From positions 4,000,001 to 4,064,000 of the forward strand of contig CM000150.2 of assembly GCA_000004695.1 (NCBI GenBank): DNA of 64,000 nt, written 5' to 3'. Numbering within the stretch: the stretch's first letter is position 1; each line of letters opens with the position of its first letter. Source of the stretch: Dictyostelium discoideum (taxonomy: Eukaryota). The translations under genes were made by a program, and so were the position numbers. Below, one piece after another: positions 42,887 to 55,699 of this stretch. The notes under the pieces were generated by a model. The model was given only the letters and a program-made list of their open reading frames with translations, did not search any database and was not told the DNA's origin.

Positions 42887-45665
42887 CTAAAAATTAATAA
42901 ATTGGTCCAACTTTTTCATTAAATCTTCACTTGATATGTTAGATGCTGTTGGTGGTGATGATGTAACTGGTGTTGTTTTGTCTGTTGTTATTGTTGTGGT
43001 TGTCGCTGTTGTTGTTGGTGTTGTTATTGTTGTTGGTGTTGTTGTTGTTGCTATTCTTATTGATGGTGTTGTTTCTTGTGTAAATTGGTCCAATTTTTTC
43101 ATTAGTTCATCTGTTGATTTAGTTGATGCTAATGGTGGTGATGATGTAAGTGGTGTTGTTCTGTCTGGACTACTTGTTTTTATTGTTGATGTCGATACTG
43201 CTGGTATTGTTGCTGTTGTTGGTGATGTTGTTGTTGTTGGTGTTGTTGTTGGTGTTGTTGTTGTTGGTGTTGCTGCTGCTGGTTTTATTATAACTGGTGA
43301 TATTATTGTTTTCTCTGGACCTGCTGTTGTGGTTGTTGTTGTTGTTATTCCTGTTGCTGTTGTGGTTGTTGTTGTTGTTCCTGCTGCTATTGATGATGAT
43401 AATGTAATAGTTGGTTCAGCAGATGGTTTTGGTGCAGGTTTAATTCTAACCCAACCAAGTGTTTGAGTTCTTGGTCCTCTAGGTTTTGATGCAGTTGTTG
43501 GTGAACCTGTTGGCGTTGTTGTTGAATTTGATGATGATGAATTAGACTCATTACCACTACCACTATTATGATCATCGTTCAAAGGTGGTAAAGTTTCAAT
43601 AGTTGTAACGACTGATTGTGAAGGTAAAGTTGAACTTTCAATATTTGGACTATTATTTGAATAATTAACAACTATATTACTATTACTTCCACTACCTATG
43701 CTAATATTACTTGTATTTGTATTACTATTATTATTATCATCATTTGATAATTGATCCAAATCATTTAATTCTTCAATATCTTCAGAATCATTAATTGCAT
43801 CAGACATTGAAATTGGTAAATTAAGGAATTCATTTGTATTTAAAGGTGGTGGTATTTGTTTAATTAAAGTTTCAACGAATAATCTTTCATTGGGTACATT
43901 GTTTAACATTACATTTGCATCGGTTGAAGTACAACGTAAGATACAAGGTGCGAAAACCATAGCTAAATTACTAGTGCCCATTTTACTATGAGCAACAAAT
44001 TCGAATTTTGTGAAAATCTGTAAGAAATTAATTAGATAACATAATACACGTTGATTTATGATTGGTATGGTTTTAACGATTGCAATTGCATTGGTTGGTG
44101 TATCAATGCATTGTTGATAGAGTGAATCTGGTATTAAGGCAGTTGGTATATCACGTAACCACTGTTTTAATAATGCTGCTGGTGTTCTAACATCATCGAT
44201 ATTGGATAGATTGAAATCAGCCTTATCAATTCTAAGACGAGTTTCTTTAATGGTTGAAATGATACCAGGTACACGAAATATACCCTCGGTTACATGACCT
44301 TTCATTTGTGCGATTCTAGTTGACAACACTTGTAAAACGTATGGTACTTCCAATGTTGGATGATTATCCTTTTGTCTATTCATTAATTCATCCAATGATA
44401 CCTTAAATGATGCAGTTGGTAAAATTGGTTCATCCTTTTTAGTACCACCAATACCACCATTTAAATATGGATTTAAATTACCACTACTTGTATTATTTGC
44501 TGTTGCTGTATTATTATTACTACTTCTTGAAAATTGTGATAAAATTTTATTATTCCAAGTTAATGATATTGTTTTCTTTGTTAATTTACCTTCAATATAA
44601 GGTTCATATTGAAATGGTTGGGCCAATTGTTTTTTCATTAAATTCTTTCTAATAAATTCTTGAACATCATTAGTGATATCGATCATTTCAACTGATTTCT
44701 TTACAAATTCATAATTTTGTTGATAGGCTGAAGGCAACTCTATCAATACCGATACTAAATTTGTGAAATAACTTTTAGAGAAATGACTATGTGATATGAC
44801 GAAATGCTCGAAATCGTTGAGTATCTTTGGTAATTTCTCAGTGTTGTAGAGATGTTGGAAATCATTTGTCGCTTTAATTTGTTCACGATATTCTTCATCG
44901 CAATTTGAGAAATCCTGTTCACAACGTTGAATACGTCTTTCAATCTTTGAAATGTTATTTAAATCTGAATCAGAGGGTTGCTGTTGTTGTTGGTGGTCCA
45001 ATTGCTCACGATATTCTCTGAGTTCCATTCTACTTGATTCTAAATCCTTACCTGCTTTATCATATTTAAATTGTGATTTCTTCAATTCGTCAACCATCTC
45101 TTTCATATCCTGTTTAAGTTTTATACCCTCTTGTAGGATCTTCTTTCTTTTAGTCTCCATATCTTTAATCATCGCTTGAAGTGGTTGAATCACTTTATTC
45201 AATATAGAGGTATTCAATAGAGTATGTTGCTCAGATTCCATCATTGATGAATTTATTATCTTTTTCCAACTTGAATTATAACTTATAGCATTGATTGATG
45301 TACTTTCATCAATTGTCATCATGGTTTTTAATGATAATTTCTCTAATTTCTTTGAATGTTGTTCTTCTAATTCTGCTTTCTTTTTAAAAAAGTTTAATAT
45401 ATTTTTTGATTGTATTAAATCATTATCAGTTCTTTTAACTAATAAATCAAATCCATCCTATTAAATATATATTATAAATTGATTAATAAATTAATATTAT
45501 TATTTTTTTAATTTTTTTTTATTTATTATAATAAGTATGTGTGAGTGTGTGTGTTAATACACATATTATATATTATATATTTTCATATAATAAAATAGTT
45601 ACCCATAAATTATCTGTGAATTTAAATTTGGTTGTAGCTGGACTTGAATTCGCAGATGATGACAT
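42887..45665 (-). CDS. F-BAR (FCH) plus RhoGAP domain protein (about 877 aa) with a Thr/Pro-rich C-terminal tail
   Basis: Exon 1 is 45665..45603 (MSSSANSSPATTKFKFTDNLW). The intron has a GTAACT donor and aatAG acceptor. Exon 2 is 45457..42887 (DGFDLLVKRTDNDLIQSKNILNFFKKKAELEEQHSKKLEKLS...; the ORF-track ORF 42887-45322 is its distal part). The RhoGAP arginine-finger motif is GIFRVPG, with a conserved KQWLRDIP and NLAMVFAP. Confidence 0.7.
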
Positions 45666-45932
45666 GTTTGTATTTTTTTTTTTACCTTTCGATCTTTATT
45701 GGTTTTTTTTTTTTTTTTTTTGTTTTGTTTTGTTTTTTTTTTTTTTTTTGTTTTTTTTTTGTTTTTTTTTTGTTTTTTTTTTTTTTTATAATAATTATTT
45801 GTTGTTGGACCCAAAAAAATTTAAAAAAAAAAATTAAAAATTATAAAGAAATTTAGATAATTATATCTTTTTTTTTTTTTGGCTATTTGTTTTTTTTTTT
45901 TTGTTTGTTAAATTTATGAAAAGATAATATGC

Positions 45933-45963
<31 letters not shown>

Positions 45964-46127
45964 AAAAAAAAGAAAAAGGAAAATAAAATAAAAAAAAAAA
46001 TAAAAAATAAAAAAAAATAAAATAAAATAAAAAATAAATTAAAAAAAAAAAGTAAAATATCCTTATTTAGATTCGGTGGATCAATTTTTTTTTATTTAAT
46101 TTTTGGTATAACTCTTCCTTTTTCCCT

Positions 46128-46173
<46 letters not shown>

Positions 46174-46766
46174 TTAATTTTTATTTGAACTTCAAATTTC
46201 TTTTTCAAAAAAAAAAAAAAAATAAAAATAAAAAAAAGAAATTAAAAATCAAATTGTGACTTTTGGTTTAGGAAATTAAAAAAAAAAAAAAAAAAAAAAA
46301 TCAAATCAAATCAAAAAAAAAAAAATCTTTTTCATAGTGGGAAAAACGTAAATATCTAAAAAAAAGTTTTTAGGGGGCAAACACAATCCCAAATAAAGAA
46401 GACAAATACAATAGGAGAACCGACCTAACTTTTATAATAACAGAAAAAAAAAAAAAAAAAAAAAAAATGAAAAAAAAAAAAAAAAATTGAAATTAAATTG
46501 ATATTCGAAAATTTAAAAAATTGCAAAATTGATTGTAAAGCTGGTAAAAAATGAATTAATTTTTTGAAAAAAAAAAAAAAAATTTGTTCATTGTTAAAGC
46601 TTGAAAAAAAAAAAATATCTAACAAAAAAAAAGTAAAACAAAATATTTAATTCTCCTCAATAAGGACATTTGAGGAAAAACCGCACTGAAAGGTATCAAC
46701 ATGTTGTTTCTCCATCAAGCTTTTTATTTTTTTTTTTTGATTTTTTTATTTTAATTTTTTTTAATT

Positions 46767-46800
<34 letters not shown>

Positions 46801-47218
46801 TTATCATTTTTGTTTTGTTTTTTTTTTTTTTTCAATTATTTTATTTTTTATTTTATTTTTATTTTTATTTTTTTTTTTTTTTTTTGATGGGAATTATCAA
46901 TCAATTGATAATTCAAAAAAAAAAAACAAAAATAAAATAAAAAAATTTTAAATTAAATTTTTTTTAAAAAAAAAAAAAGTAATATATAAACCAATCACCA
47001 CCACACACTCACAAACACAAATAAAATCTATTTATATCAAATGATAAACTTAAAAATAAGAAAAAAAAAAATATTTATAAAAATAAAATAAAAAAAAAAA
47101 AAATATTTATAAAATAAAAAAAAAAAAAAATAAAAAAAAAAAATTAATTTTATTTCAAAAGTCTCTCAATTCAAATAAATTTTCAATAAAAAAAAAAAAA
47201 AAAAAAAAAATAAAAATA

Positions 47219-47249
<31 letters not shown>

Positions 47250-47423
47250 AAAATTATATAGTAAACGATCACTTACTAATTTTATATATGCCAAATAAAA
47301 TATATAATTTTTTGGTAGAAATTTATAAATATATATAGAGAAGTTGTGGGTTATTTTATTTTTATTTATTTATTATTTTTTTTTTTTTTAATTTCCAAAA
47401 TAAAAAAATAAAATAATTCAAAA

Positions 47424-47487
47424 ATGGATCATACTGAGTGTAACAATCGCATAGAATATTTACAGGTAAATATAATAATTTTATATT

Positions 47488-47520
<33 letters not shown>

Positions 47521-48802
47521 TTTACTACATATAAAATTTATAATTATTTTTTATTTTTTTTATTATTTTATTTTATTTTATTTTTTTTTTTTTTTCATTT
47601 AAAGGGTTAAAAATAGCAATATATTTATATTTACTAACTTACCACTACTACTCTCTATTTTTTATTTTTTTATTTAATTTTTTATTTTTTATTTTTTTTT
47701 TCACTCTCTACATTCGAACTGCCCACAATTTTTTTATATAAAAAATTTAATTTGTTTATATTTTTTGTATTTTATATCTTTTTTTTTTTTTTAAATTATT
47801 ATTATTTTTTTTTTTTTTTTTTTAATTATTATTATTTATTTTAATTATTTATTTTTTTAATTATTTATTTTTAATTATTATTATTATTATTATTATTATT
47901 TTTTTTTTTTTAACTTATTACAATTTTTTCAAAAAATAAAAATAAAAAAAAATAAAAATAAAATAACATAAACCACACACAATAATAATATTATTATTTT
48001 TTATATTCAATAAACACAATACAATAATAATAATAACAACAAAATACAACACAATAATAATTATTTTTTCTTTCAACTAAATACTATTTTATTTTATTTT
48101 TTATAATTTTTAATTTTTATTTAATTATTTAAAAAATAATTATTCCAATCAATTCTTATTATTATTTTATTTTTCCAACTAAAAAAAAAAAAAAAAAAAA
48201 AAAAAAACCAATAATTTATTTATTTTAAATTTAAATTTATTATTATTATTATTATTATTTTTTTTTTTTATTTTTTTTTATTATTTTTTTTTGATTCGTA
48301 ATAAACTAAATAAAGAATAAAGTATTAGAATTAGAATCATTGAATGAGAATTTGAAGGGTCAGTTGGAATATTTTCAAACTAAATTTTTAGAATCAAATT
48401 TAAATAGCGAAGGAAAGGATATTTCATCATGTTTAACAGAAATTTATAATAGTTTAAGTTTGGATAATAATAATAACAATAGTAATAGTAATAGTAATAG
48501 TAATAATAATAGTAGCAATAGTAATAATAATTCATATTCAAATTTTAATTCTAATAATAATACAACAAACAATACAAAAGTTATTAAAAATAGAAATTTT
48601 AAAATAAATTTAACAAATAGTAATAGTACAAATTCAAGTCCTTATATTTTTGGAAATAATAAAGATAATAGTAATAATAGTAATAATAGTAATAATAATA
48701 ATAGCAACACTGAGTTAAGTAATGACCATTTATCTTTAGAAGATAATATAGCAACAACAAATACAACAACAACTACAACTATAAATACATCTAATAGTAA
48801 TA

Positions 48803-48876
<74 letters not shown>

Positions 48877-49324
48877 CCAACATCAAACCGTCCACCAGTA
48901 GCACCTAGATCATTTATTAGATCAAATTCCGATACATTTATAACACCACCAGGTTCACCAACATCAAGTCGAAATAGTCCAACCAATAAATCATCACCTC
49001 AATTTTTATCACCACTTTCTAAATCACCATTATCACAATCAACTCAATCCACAACAGTATCATCTCCTTCGCCATCTTGGACAACAACAGTACCACAATC
49101 AAAAATGAGATCTGAAACAATTGTACAATCAAAATCACCCTATAGTCCAGATACAAATATATCAAATAAATTAATAAATGAATTAGCGTCAAATATTGGT
49201 GCTCCAAATAGTAATGGCTCTGAAAGTCCTTCTAAAAATTCACCAAGATCATTAAATAGTAATAATAATAATAGTAGTGCAACAACATCAATAACAACAC
49301 CACCAACAACATCAACACCAACAC

Positions 49325-49356
<32 letters not shown>

Positions 49357-50103
49357 GAAAGAAGACCAGAAGATAGAAGAAGTAAAACATCACCATTTCC
49401 AAATGTTGGTACAACAACACCACCATTATCAAATAGTGCACATTTAGTTAGAACGCAATCTGCAAGTGGTGCAAATGCAGTTAAACCTCAATCACAATTA
49501 AGTACAAGTTGTACAGTCAATATGATAGGTGGTGGTGGTACACCACGTAGTAACAATAGTAGTAATGGTAGTTTATATCATTCAATGAGTAGTAATGGAT
49601 TAATTGAAAATTTATCAACATCATCATCATTATCATTATCATCAACATCACCATCACCAAATAATAGTCAACAAAATTTAACGAATCCATTTGAAATTGG
49701 TGCAGATGATGAATTGGAAGTATTGGATGATCCAAGATTGGTGATGGTAAAAACTGAAAATGGGTTCATAGTTAAAGGTGGCACAATTGAAAAATTAGTA
49801 AATCGTTTAATTGCAAAACATGACCCAGATTTCACATCAGCTTTCCTTTTAACCCACAAATCATTCACAACTTCAATTGAATTGTTAGACCTTCTAATTG
49901 AGTTTTATGTAAATAATAAAGATTCCTCATCAATAAATTCGAATTCATCTTCCTCCTCATCATCAGCAGTAGCATCATCATCATTTTCAAATATAAATTG
50001 TAATATAAGTGATTTAAGTAGTAGTACAAGTTCAACAAATTCATTATTAATAAATAGTATAACAAATAGTCCAATTATAAATAGTAACAATCAAAATAAT
50101 CAA

Positions 50104-50148
<45 letters not shown>

Positions 50149-51387
50149 CAATTAGAAATTAATGGAGATAAAAAGAAAAAAGCAATTAGATTAAAGATTA
50201 CAAATGTTATAAAATCATGGGTTGATAAACATTATTATGATTTTTCAGAGGATAAACAATTGACTTTGAAATTGGATCAATTCATTACCAATCATATTAT
50301 GTTTGATATGGATAAGATTGGATTCAATTTGAAGAGATTGTTAACCAATGATCGTGTTGTACCAGTGCCAACCTTTACCCAGGGCCCGCCAACACCAATA
50401 CCACCCAAAATGAAATCAAATGGGTCGGAAATCAATTTCAAAGATTTAGATCCAACAGAGATTGCAAGACAATTGACACTCTATGAATCTGACCTATTCA
50501 GAAAGATTGGTGCAAAGGAGTGTTTGGGTCAAGCTTGGAATAAGGATGGTAAGGAAGAGAATGCACCAAATATAGTCTCGTTCATAAAGAGATTCAATCA
50601 AGTTTCGTCCTGGGTTGCCACAGAAATCGTTAGACAGGAGAAATTAAAAGATAGAGTTTCCTACATAAAGAGATTCATTTTGGTGGCTCAAGAATGTAGA
50701 AAACTAAATAACTTTAATGCCACAATGGAAATTCTATCTGGTCTTCAAAATTCCTCAGTTTATCGTCTAAGAAAAACTTGGGAACGTGTTGAATCAAAAC
50801 CATTACTAAAGAATACTTTAGATGAATTAATGAGTTTAATGTCAAGTGGTGCAAATTATAAAAATTATATTCAAGAACTTCATAATATTCATCCACCTTG
50901 TATACCTTATTTAGGTGTTTATTTAACTCATTTAACTTTTATAGAAGATGGTATGAAGAATGTATTAACAACAACAACTGCAACAACAACCAATACTACA
51001 ACTACAACAACAACAACTACAACAACAACAACAACAAATACTACAACTTCAAATAATAATAATCAACAACAATTAAATGGTGCAAATCGTTCATTTGATG
51101 ATGTTATTATTAATTTTGAAAAATGTAGAAAAATATCTGTGGTCATTAGAGAAATTAAACAATATCAACAACAACAATATCACCTTCATACTGAAGAGTT
51201 TACTTTACGTTATCTAAGTAATTTACCTTCAATTCAAACTCAAAAATCAATGTATAAATTAAGTTTAATTTGTGAACCAAAAGAAAAAGAAACTTCAAGT
51301 TTTGATAGTGGTTATGGTTCAGTTTCTGATCGACCTTCAAAAAAAGAATTTTCAGTGACTTCACTTTTAAATTCTTTTAAGTCTTAA
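47424..51387 (+). CDS. Ras guanine-nucleotide exchange factor (RasGEF N-terminal/REM plus CDC25-homology catalytic domain), about 1037 aa with extensive Asn/Ser/Thr low-complexity
   Basis: The main exon is 48316..51387 (ORF-track 48340-51387). Its REM domain reads GGTIEKLVNRLIAKHDPDFTSAFLLTHKSFTTSIELLDLLIEFY. Its CDC25 domain reads EIARQLTLYESDLFRKI...FNATMEILSGLQNSSVYRLRKTW...IPYLGVYLTHLTFIEDG. A candidate 42-nt first exon at 47424..47465 (MDHTECNNRIEYLQ|GTAAAT) splices in phase 0 to an ..aaagAG acceptor at 48315. This first exon is tentative. Confidence 0.65.
48780..48870. repeat. (AAT)n coding microsatellite (poly-Asn) inside the RasGEF gene
   Basis: An uninterrupted run of about 28 aat units. 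Confidence 0.85.
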
Positions 51388-51947
51388 TAATAATAATAAT
51401 AATAGTAATAATAAAAAAAAAAAAAAAAAAAACTTTTTTAAAAAAAAATAAAATAAACAATTAAAAAAAATTATTAGTGTTTTTACTTTTATCCATTTTT
51501 AGGATAAAAAGTGTTTTTTTTTTTTTGTATTTCCACCTCCCTCTCCATCCTTAATTAATTTTTAATTTTTTTTTTTTATTATCTTTTTTAAGATTTTTTT
51601 TTTTTTTATAATCCACCATCCCGTTTTTTTATAAATTTTCTGAATTTGGTGAAAAACACCAAATTCTATTATTATCTAAAAAAATAAAAAATCTTTTTTT
51701 AGTAAGTGTTCATAAGTTATAACTTTTTTTATTTTTTTCGTTGGTCAAAATTTTGAAAGAAAAAAAAAAATAAAAAATAAAAAAAAAAAAGTTTTTTTTT
51801 TCAATTTTTTTTTTTTGTTTTTTTATTTTTTATTTTTTTTTTATTTTTTTTTTTTTTTTGATTATCATACTCGTTTTTTGAAAAAACATTTCATATATTT
51901 TTATTTATTTATTTCACTTTGAAAAAAAATAAAATAAAATAAAAAAA

Positions 51948-52745
51948 ATGATAAGAAATTTAAAAAATTTAAATTTAGTTGGAAATAGATTTTATAGTAG
52001 TGGTGAAATTAAACATACAACAATTGTTAGTAATGGATTTGGTGGTATGTTAAATATTTTAGGTGAGAATCAACATGTTACATTTAATAAGATTGAATAT
52101 AATGCAGATGGTGATTATGCAATTTGTAAACATCAAGTTGAGAATAAACCATTCGAACCAACAATTGTAAGCAAAAAAGTATTTGAAAGTAGATTAACAG
52201 ATGCTCAAATTGGAGAGATTCAAAAACTTCGTTCAACCAATTCACAAAAACAATTAGCAGAGAAATTCCAAACTACACCATATATCATTTCACGTGTTTC
52301 AAGAGGTACACCAGAGAAACGTCAATCATTGATCGATCAATTCCTATTGAAGAATCCAAAAAAGATCGTAGATAGTGAAGATGTTAAAAAGAATCGTTTA
52401 CAAGATTGGTTCCAACGTAATCAACAAAGAGAATACGAACAAAAGGTTATCAAAGCTGCTACTTCTTTTGAACGTATTAAAAGACAAAGACATTCACTCA
52501 ATGCTCATAATCAACGTATTCATAAAGAATCTTATGAATTTGTTCAAAAATCTCAAATCTCTGAATCTGAAGAAAATCAACCAAGAGTTTTCACAATGGA
52601 AGAAAAGAGAGCAAAAGAAAAAGAATTATCAAAACTTCGTCGTAGAAAAGTTACAACTGAAAAAGATAAAATAAATGAAAGTAATCAACGTATTAAAAAT
52701 AAAACTGAGAGAAAGATTCAAAGAGAAGAACAAGGAAATAATTAA
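51948..52745 (+). CDS. Neugrin/Rrg9-family (DUF4050-like) protein, probably mitochondrial, 265 aa
   Basis: The N-terminus looks like a presequence (MIRNLKNLNLVGNRFYSS). The conserved block is GEIQKLRSTNSQKQLAEKFQTTPYIISRVSRGT (neugrin-type LA..F.VS...I.RV motif). The C-terminus is basic and coiled-coil. Confidence 0.45.
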   Translation: MIRNLKNLNLVGNRFYSSGEIKHTTIVSNGFGGMLNILGENQHVTFNKIEYNADGDYAICKHQVENKPFEPTIVSKKVFESRLTDAQIGEIQKLRSTNSQKQLAEKFQTTPYIISRVSRGTPEKRQSLIDQFLLKNPKKIVDSEDVKKNRLQDWFQRNQQREYEQKVIKAATSFERIKRQRHSLNAHNQRIHKESYEFVQKSQISESEENQPRVFTMEEKRAKEKELSKLRRRKVTTEKDKINESNQRIKNKTERKIQREEQGNN

Positions 52746-53111
52746 TAAATAATAAAAATAAAAAAATAATAAAAAAAAAAAATAAAAAAAAAAAAAGTTT
52801 AAAATTATATACACAAAAATTTAATTATAATTAAACATTATTTCTTATTTTATTAATGTTTGAATTTGGAAATAAAATAAAATAAGATAAAATTAAAATT
52901 TAAACATTTTGAAATAAAAAAAAAAAAATAAAAAAAAATAAAAACAAAATCTTTTTTTTTATATTTTTTATTTTATTTTTATTATTTTAACAAATTGAAT
53001 CTTCATTTTTTTTTTTTTTATGTTTTTTTTTTATTTTTTTTATTTTCATTATTTTTTTAATTTTCACCACAAAATTTTTTTTTAAAAAAACAAAAAAAAA
53101 TTAAATAGAAA

Positions 53112-54599
53112 ATGAATAAATTTGTTAGAGTTGGTCAATATGTTAAATCAAATTATCCACTTTATTTAGGTAGTAAACCAATTACAAAAACTTCATCAAG
53201 TTTAGAAGTTATTGATAAATTTACCAATGAAATTGCAAGTAAAATACCAATGGCAGATAAAGAAATGATTGAACAATCAATTGTTATTGCACAGAAAGCA
53301 TGTGAACCAATGAGACAATTATCAGCAGCAACCAAGAAACAAATTCTTTTAAATATTGCTAATGATCTTGAAAAGAGAGCAGATGAATTTGCTAAAGCAA
53401 TAGTTGTTGAAGTTGGTAAACCATTGGTTGATGCAAATGCAGAAGTTGGTAGAGCAATCGATACATTTACATGTGCAGCAGAGGAATCAATTCGTCAATA
53501 TGGTGAGCAGATTCCATTGGATATTTCATCACGTAATTTGGGTTTCCAAGGTATAACTAAAAGATTCCCAGTTGGTCCAATCTCTATGATTGCACCATTC
53601 AATTTCCCTTTGAATTTATGTGCTCACAAGATTGCACCATCGATTGCTGCTGGTTGTCCATTCGTTTTGAAACCATCAGATCGTACACCAATCAGTGCAA
53701 TGTTGTTGGGTGAACTATTGGCAAAACAAACACCACTCCTTCCAGAGGGTGCTTTCTCAATATTACCAACCACCCATCAAGATGCTTCCATTTTAAGTAA
53801 AGATGAAAGATTCAAGTTATGTTCATTCACTGGTTCACCAGCTATTGGTTGGAAAATTAAAAATGAAGCTGGTAAGAAAAAGGTGGTTTTGGAATTAGGT
53901 GGTGATGCTGCTTGCATCGTTGATTCTGCAACTCAACAATCAAGATTACCATCAATCGCTCAACGTATACTCTTTGGTGGTTTCTATTCTCAAGGTCAAA
54001 GTTGTATCTCTGTTCAAAGAGTTTTCATTCATGATTCACTCTATGATCAAATGAAACAACTATTGATTGATGGTGCTAAACCATTAATTCAACGTATGGG
54101 TGATCCAATGGATCCAACCACTTTTGTTGGTCCAATGATCACTGAACATGATGCTAAACGTGTCGAATCTTGGGTTAATAATGCTGTCTCCAAAGGTGCA
54201 AATGTTTTAGTTGGTGGTAAACGTAATGATCATTTCATGCAACCAACAATCTTGGAGAATTTACCATTGGATACTGAAATCTCTTGTAAAGAAGTATTTG
54301 GTCCTGTATTCTTTATTGAAAGATTCAATGATTTCAAACAAGTTGTTCAACGTGTAAACTCTTCAGAATTTGGTTTACAAGCTGGTGTCTTTACTGATGA
54401 TATTCATAAAGCCTACTACGCCTTTAACAATATAGAAGCTGGTGCTGTCGTTATCAATGATATCCCTTCAGTTCGTGTTGATGCTCAACCATACGGTGGT
54501 GTTAAAGAATCTGGTTTCGGTCGTGAAGGTATCAGACATACAATCGAAGAATATACTGAATTAAAATTAATGATTTTAAAAGATATTGGTAAAATTTAA
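53112..54599 (+). CDS. Aldehyde dehydrogenase superfamily enzyme (NAD(P)+-dependent, 495 aa), possibly non-phosphorylating GAPDH/GapN-like
   Basis: Single ORF. It carries the ALDH Glu active-site motif (VVLELGGDAA) and Cys active-site motif (FYSQGQSCISVQRVFIH), with the F-G-P and E-SGFGREG C-terminal motifs. Confidence 0.8.
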   Translation: MNKFVRVGQYVKSNYPLYLGSKPITKTSSSLEVIDKFTNEIASKIPMADKEMIEQSIVIAQKACEPMRQLSAATKKQILLNIANDLEKRADEFAKAIVVEVGKPLVDANAEVGRAIDTFTCAAEESIRQYGEQIPLDISSRNLGFQGITKRFPVGPISMIAPFNFPLNLCAHKIAPSIAAGCPFVLKPSDRTPISAMLLGELLAKQTPLLPEGAFSILPTTHQDASILSKDERFKLCSFTGSPAIGWKIKNEAGKKKVVLELGGDAACIVDSATQQSRLPSIAQRILFGGFYSQGQSCISVQRVFIHDSLYDQMKQLLIDGAKPLIQRMGDPMDPTTFVGPMITEHDAKRVESWVNNAVSKGANVLVGGKRNDHFMQPTILENLPLDTEISCKEVFGPVFFIERFNDFKQVVQRVNSSEFGLQAGVFTDDIHKAYYAFNNIEAGAVVINDIPSVRVDAQPYGGVKESGFGREGIRHTIEEYTELKLMILKDIGKI

Positions 54600-54670
54600 A
54601 ATAAATATAATTGTATAAAAAAAAAAAAAAAAAGGTAACATATTTATTTTTTATTTTATTAAAATTTTTT

Positions 54671-55437
54671 TTAATATGTTAAAGTTAAACCGTTTGATGA
54701 GAATAAAATTTTAACATTTTCTTCAATTTCAAAAATTTGGTTAATTCCAATATCTAATAATTCAATACCAATATTAATATTTTCAATGATTGATTTACAT
54801 TGATATTTTAAATTTTCTAATTTTAATTTAAAATCACCATTAAGAGTTTTAGTTTTACCCAATTCTTTTTTATCATTTTCTAATTTCTCTCTTTTTAAAA
54901 TTAATTCTTTGGTTTTAATTTCATTTTCTCTAATTTTGAATTCAACTTCACCTTTTTGAACTTGAAGATTACCGATATTATTACTTTTATTAATGATTTC
55001 AGAATCTAAATTCTTGATTTTATTTTCTAATTCTCTAATATTACTACTGAATAGACCTGGAATGTCACCGGAAAATGGCTTTAAACCACGGTTTAAATTA
55101 CTCCAGAAATCTTCTCTTGGTTTTTGTGCATTTATGTTATCATGTACTTCACTGATTTGTTGTTTGGAATTTCCAATTTCTTTAATGTAGTCTTGGATTT
55201 GACTTTCGTAACCTTGGAGTTGAACTTGTAAATCTTGATTTCTTTTTATTAATTCTTTTAACTCTTCTTATTTTTTAACAATTTCATCAGTAACTTGTAC
55301 TAATTGATTTATATTTTCTGTAATTAAAATTTCTTGATTATGAATTTCAACATTTACAATCGAAATCCTTTCTTCAAGTATACTATCAAGTTTATTTAAT
55401 TTAACAACTATAATTTGTTTTTCTGCATCATTCATTT
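54671..55437 (-). pseudogene. Coiled-coil protein gene interrupted by a single in-frame TAA after codon 56. It is either a pseudogene or a sequencing/polymorphic nonsense site.
   Basis: The ATG at 55437 opens MNDAEKQIIVVKLNKLDSILEERISIVNVEIHNQEILITENINQLVQVTDEIVKK, followed by taa (about 55268-55270). The same frame then runs open for 199 more codons to 54671 (EELKELIKRNQDLQVQLQGYESQIQDYIKEIGNSKQQ...LFSSNGLTLTY*) with heptad-repeat character throughout and no internal ATG. There is no GT...AG pair around the stop. Confidence 0.4.
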
Positions 55438-55514
55438 TTAATACTTTTTATTTATTATATTAATTATATAATTTTTTATTTTTTATTTTTTTTTTTTAAA
55501 AAGTAGTATTTATA

Positions 55515-55547
<33 letters not shown>

Positions 55548-55665
55548 ATATCTTAATCTTATTCAATCAATTTTCAAATCGTTAGATATTTGGTACAGGT
55601 TTGTGGAGTTTTTATTTTTTAAAAGAAATATACAAATAATATCTTTTCGAATAAACATGTTTAAC

Positions 55666-55699
<34 letters not shown>

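Noticed and set aside
42936-43575. 176-aa Val/Gly-rich plus-strand ORF and a 62-aa His/Gln ORF
   Set aside because: They are antisense or alternative-frame readings of the Thr/Pro-rich tail of the RhoGAP gene.
48642-50090. Several 60-114-aa minus-strand ORFs rich in Leu/Tyr/Met
   Set aside because: All lie antisense within the RasGEF coding exon over its Asn/Ser/Thr repeats.
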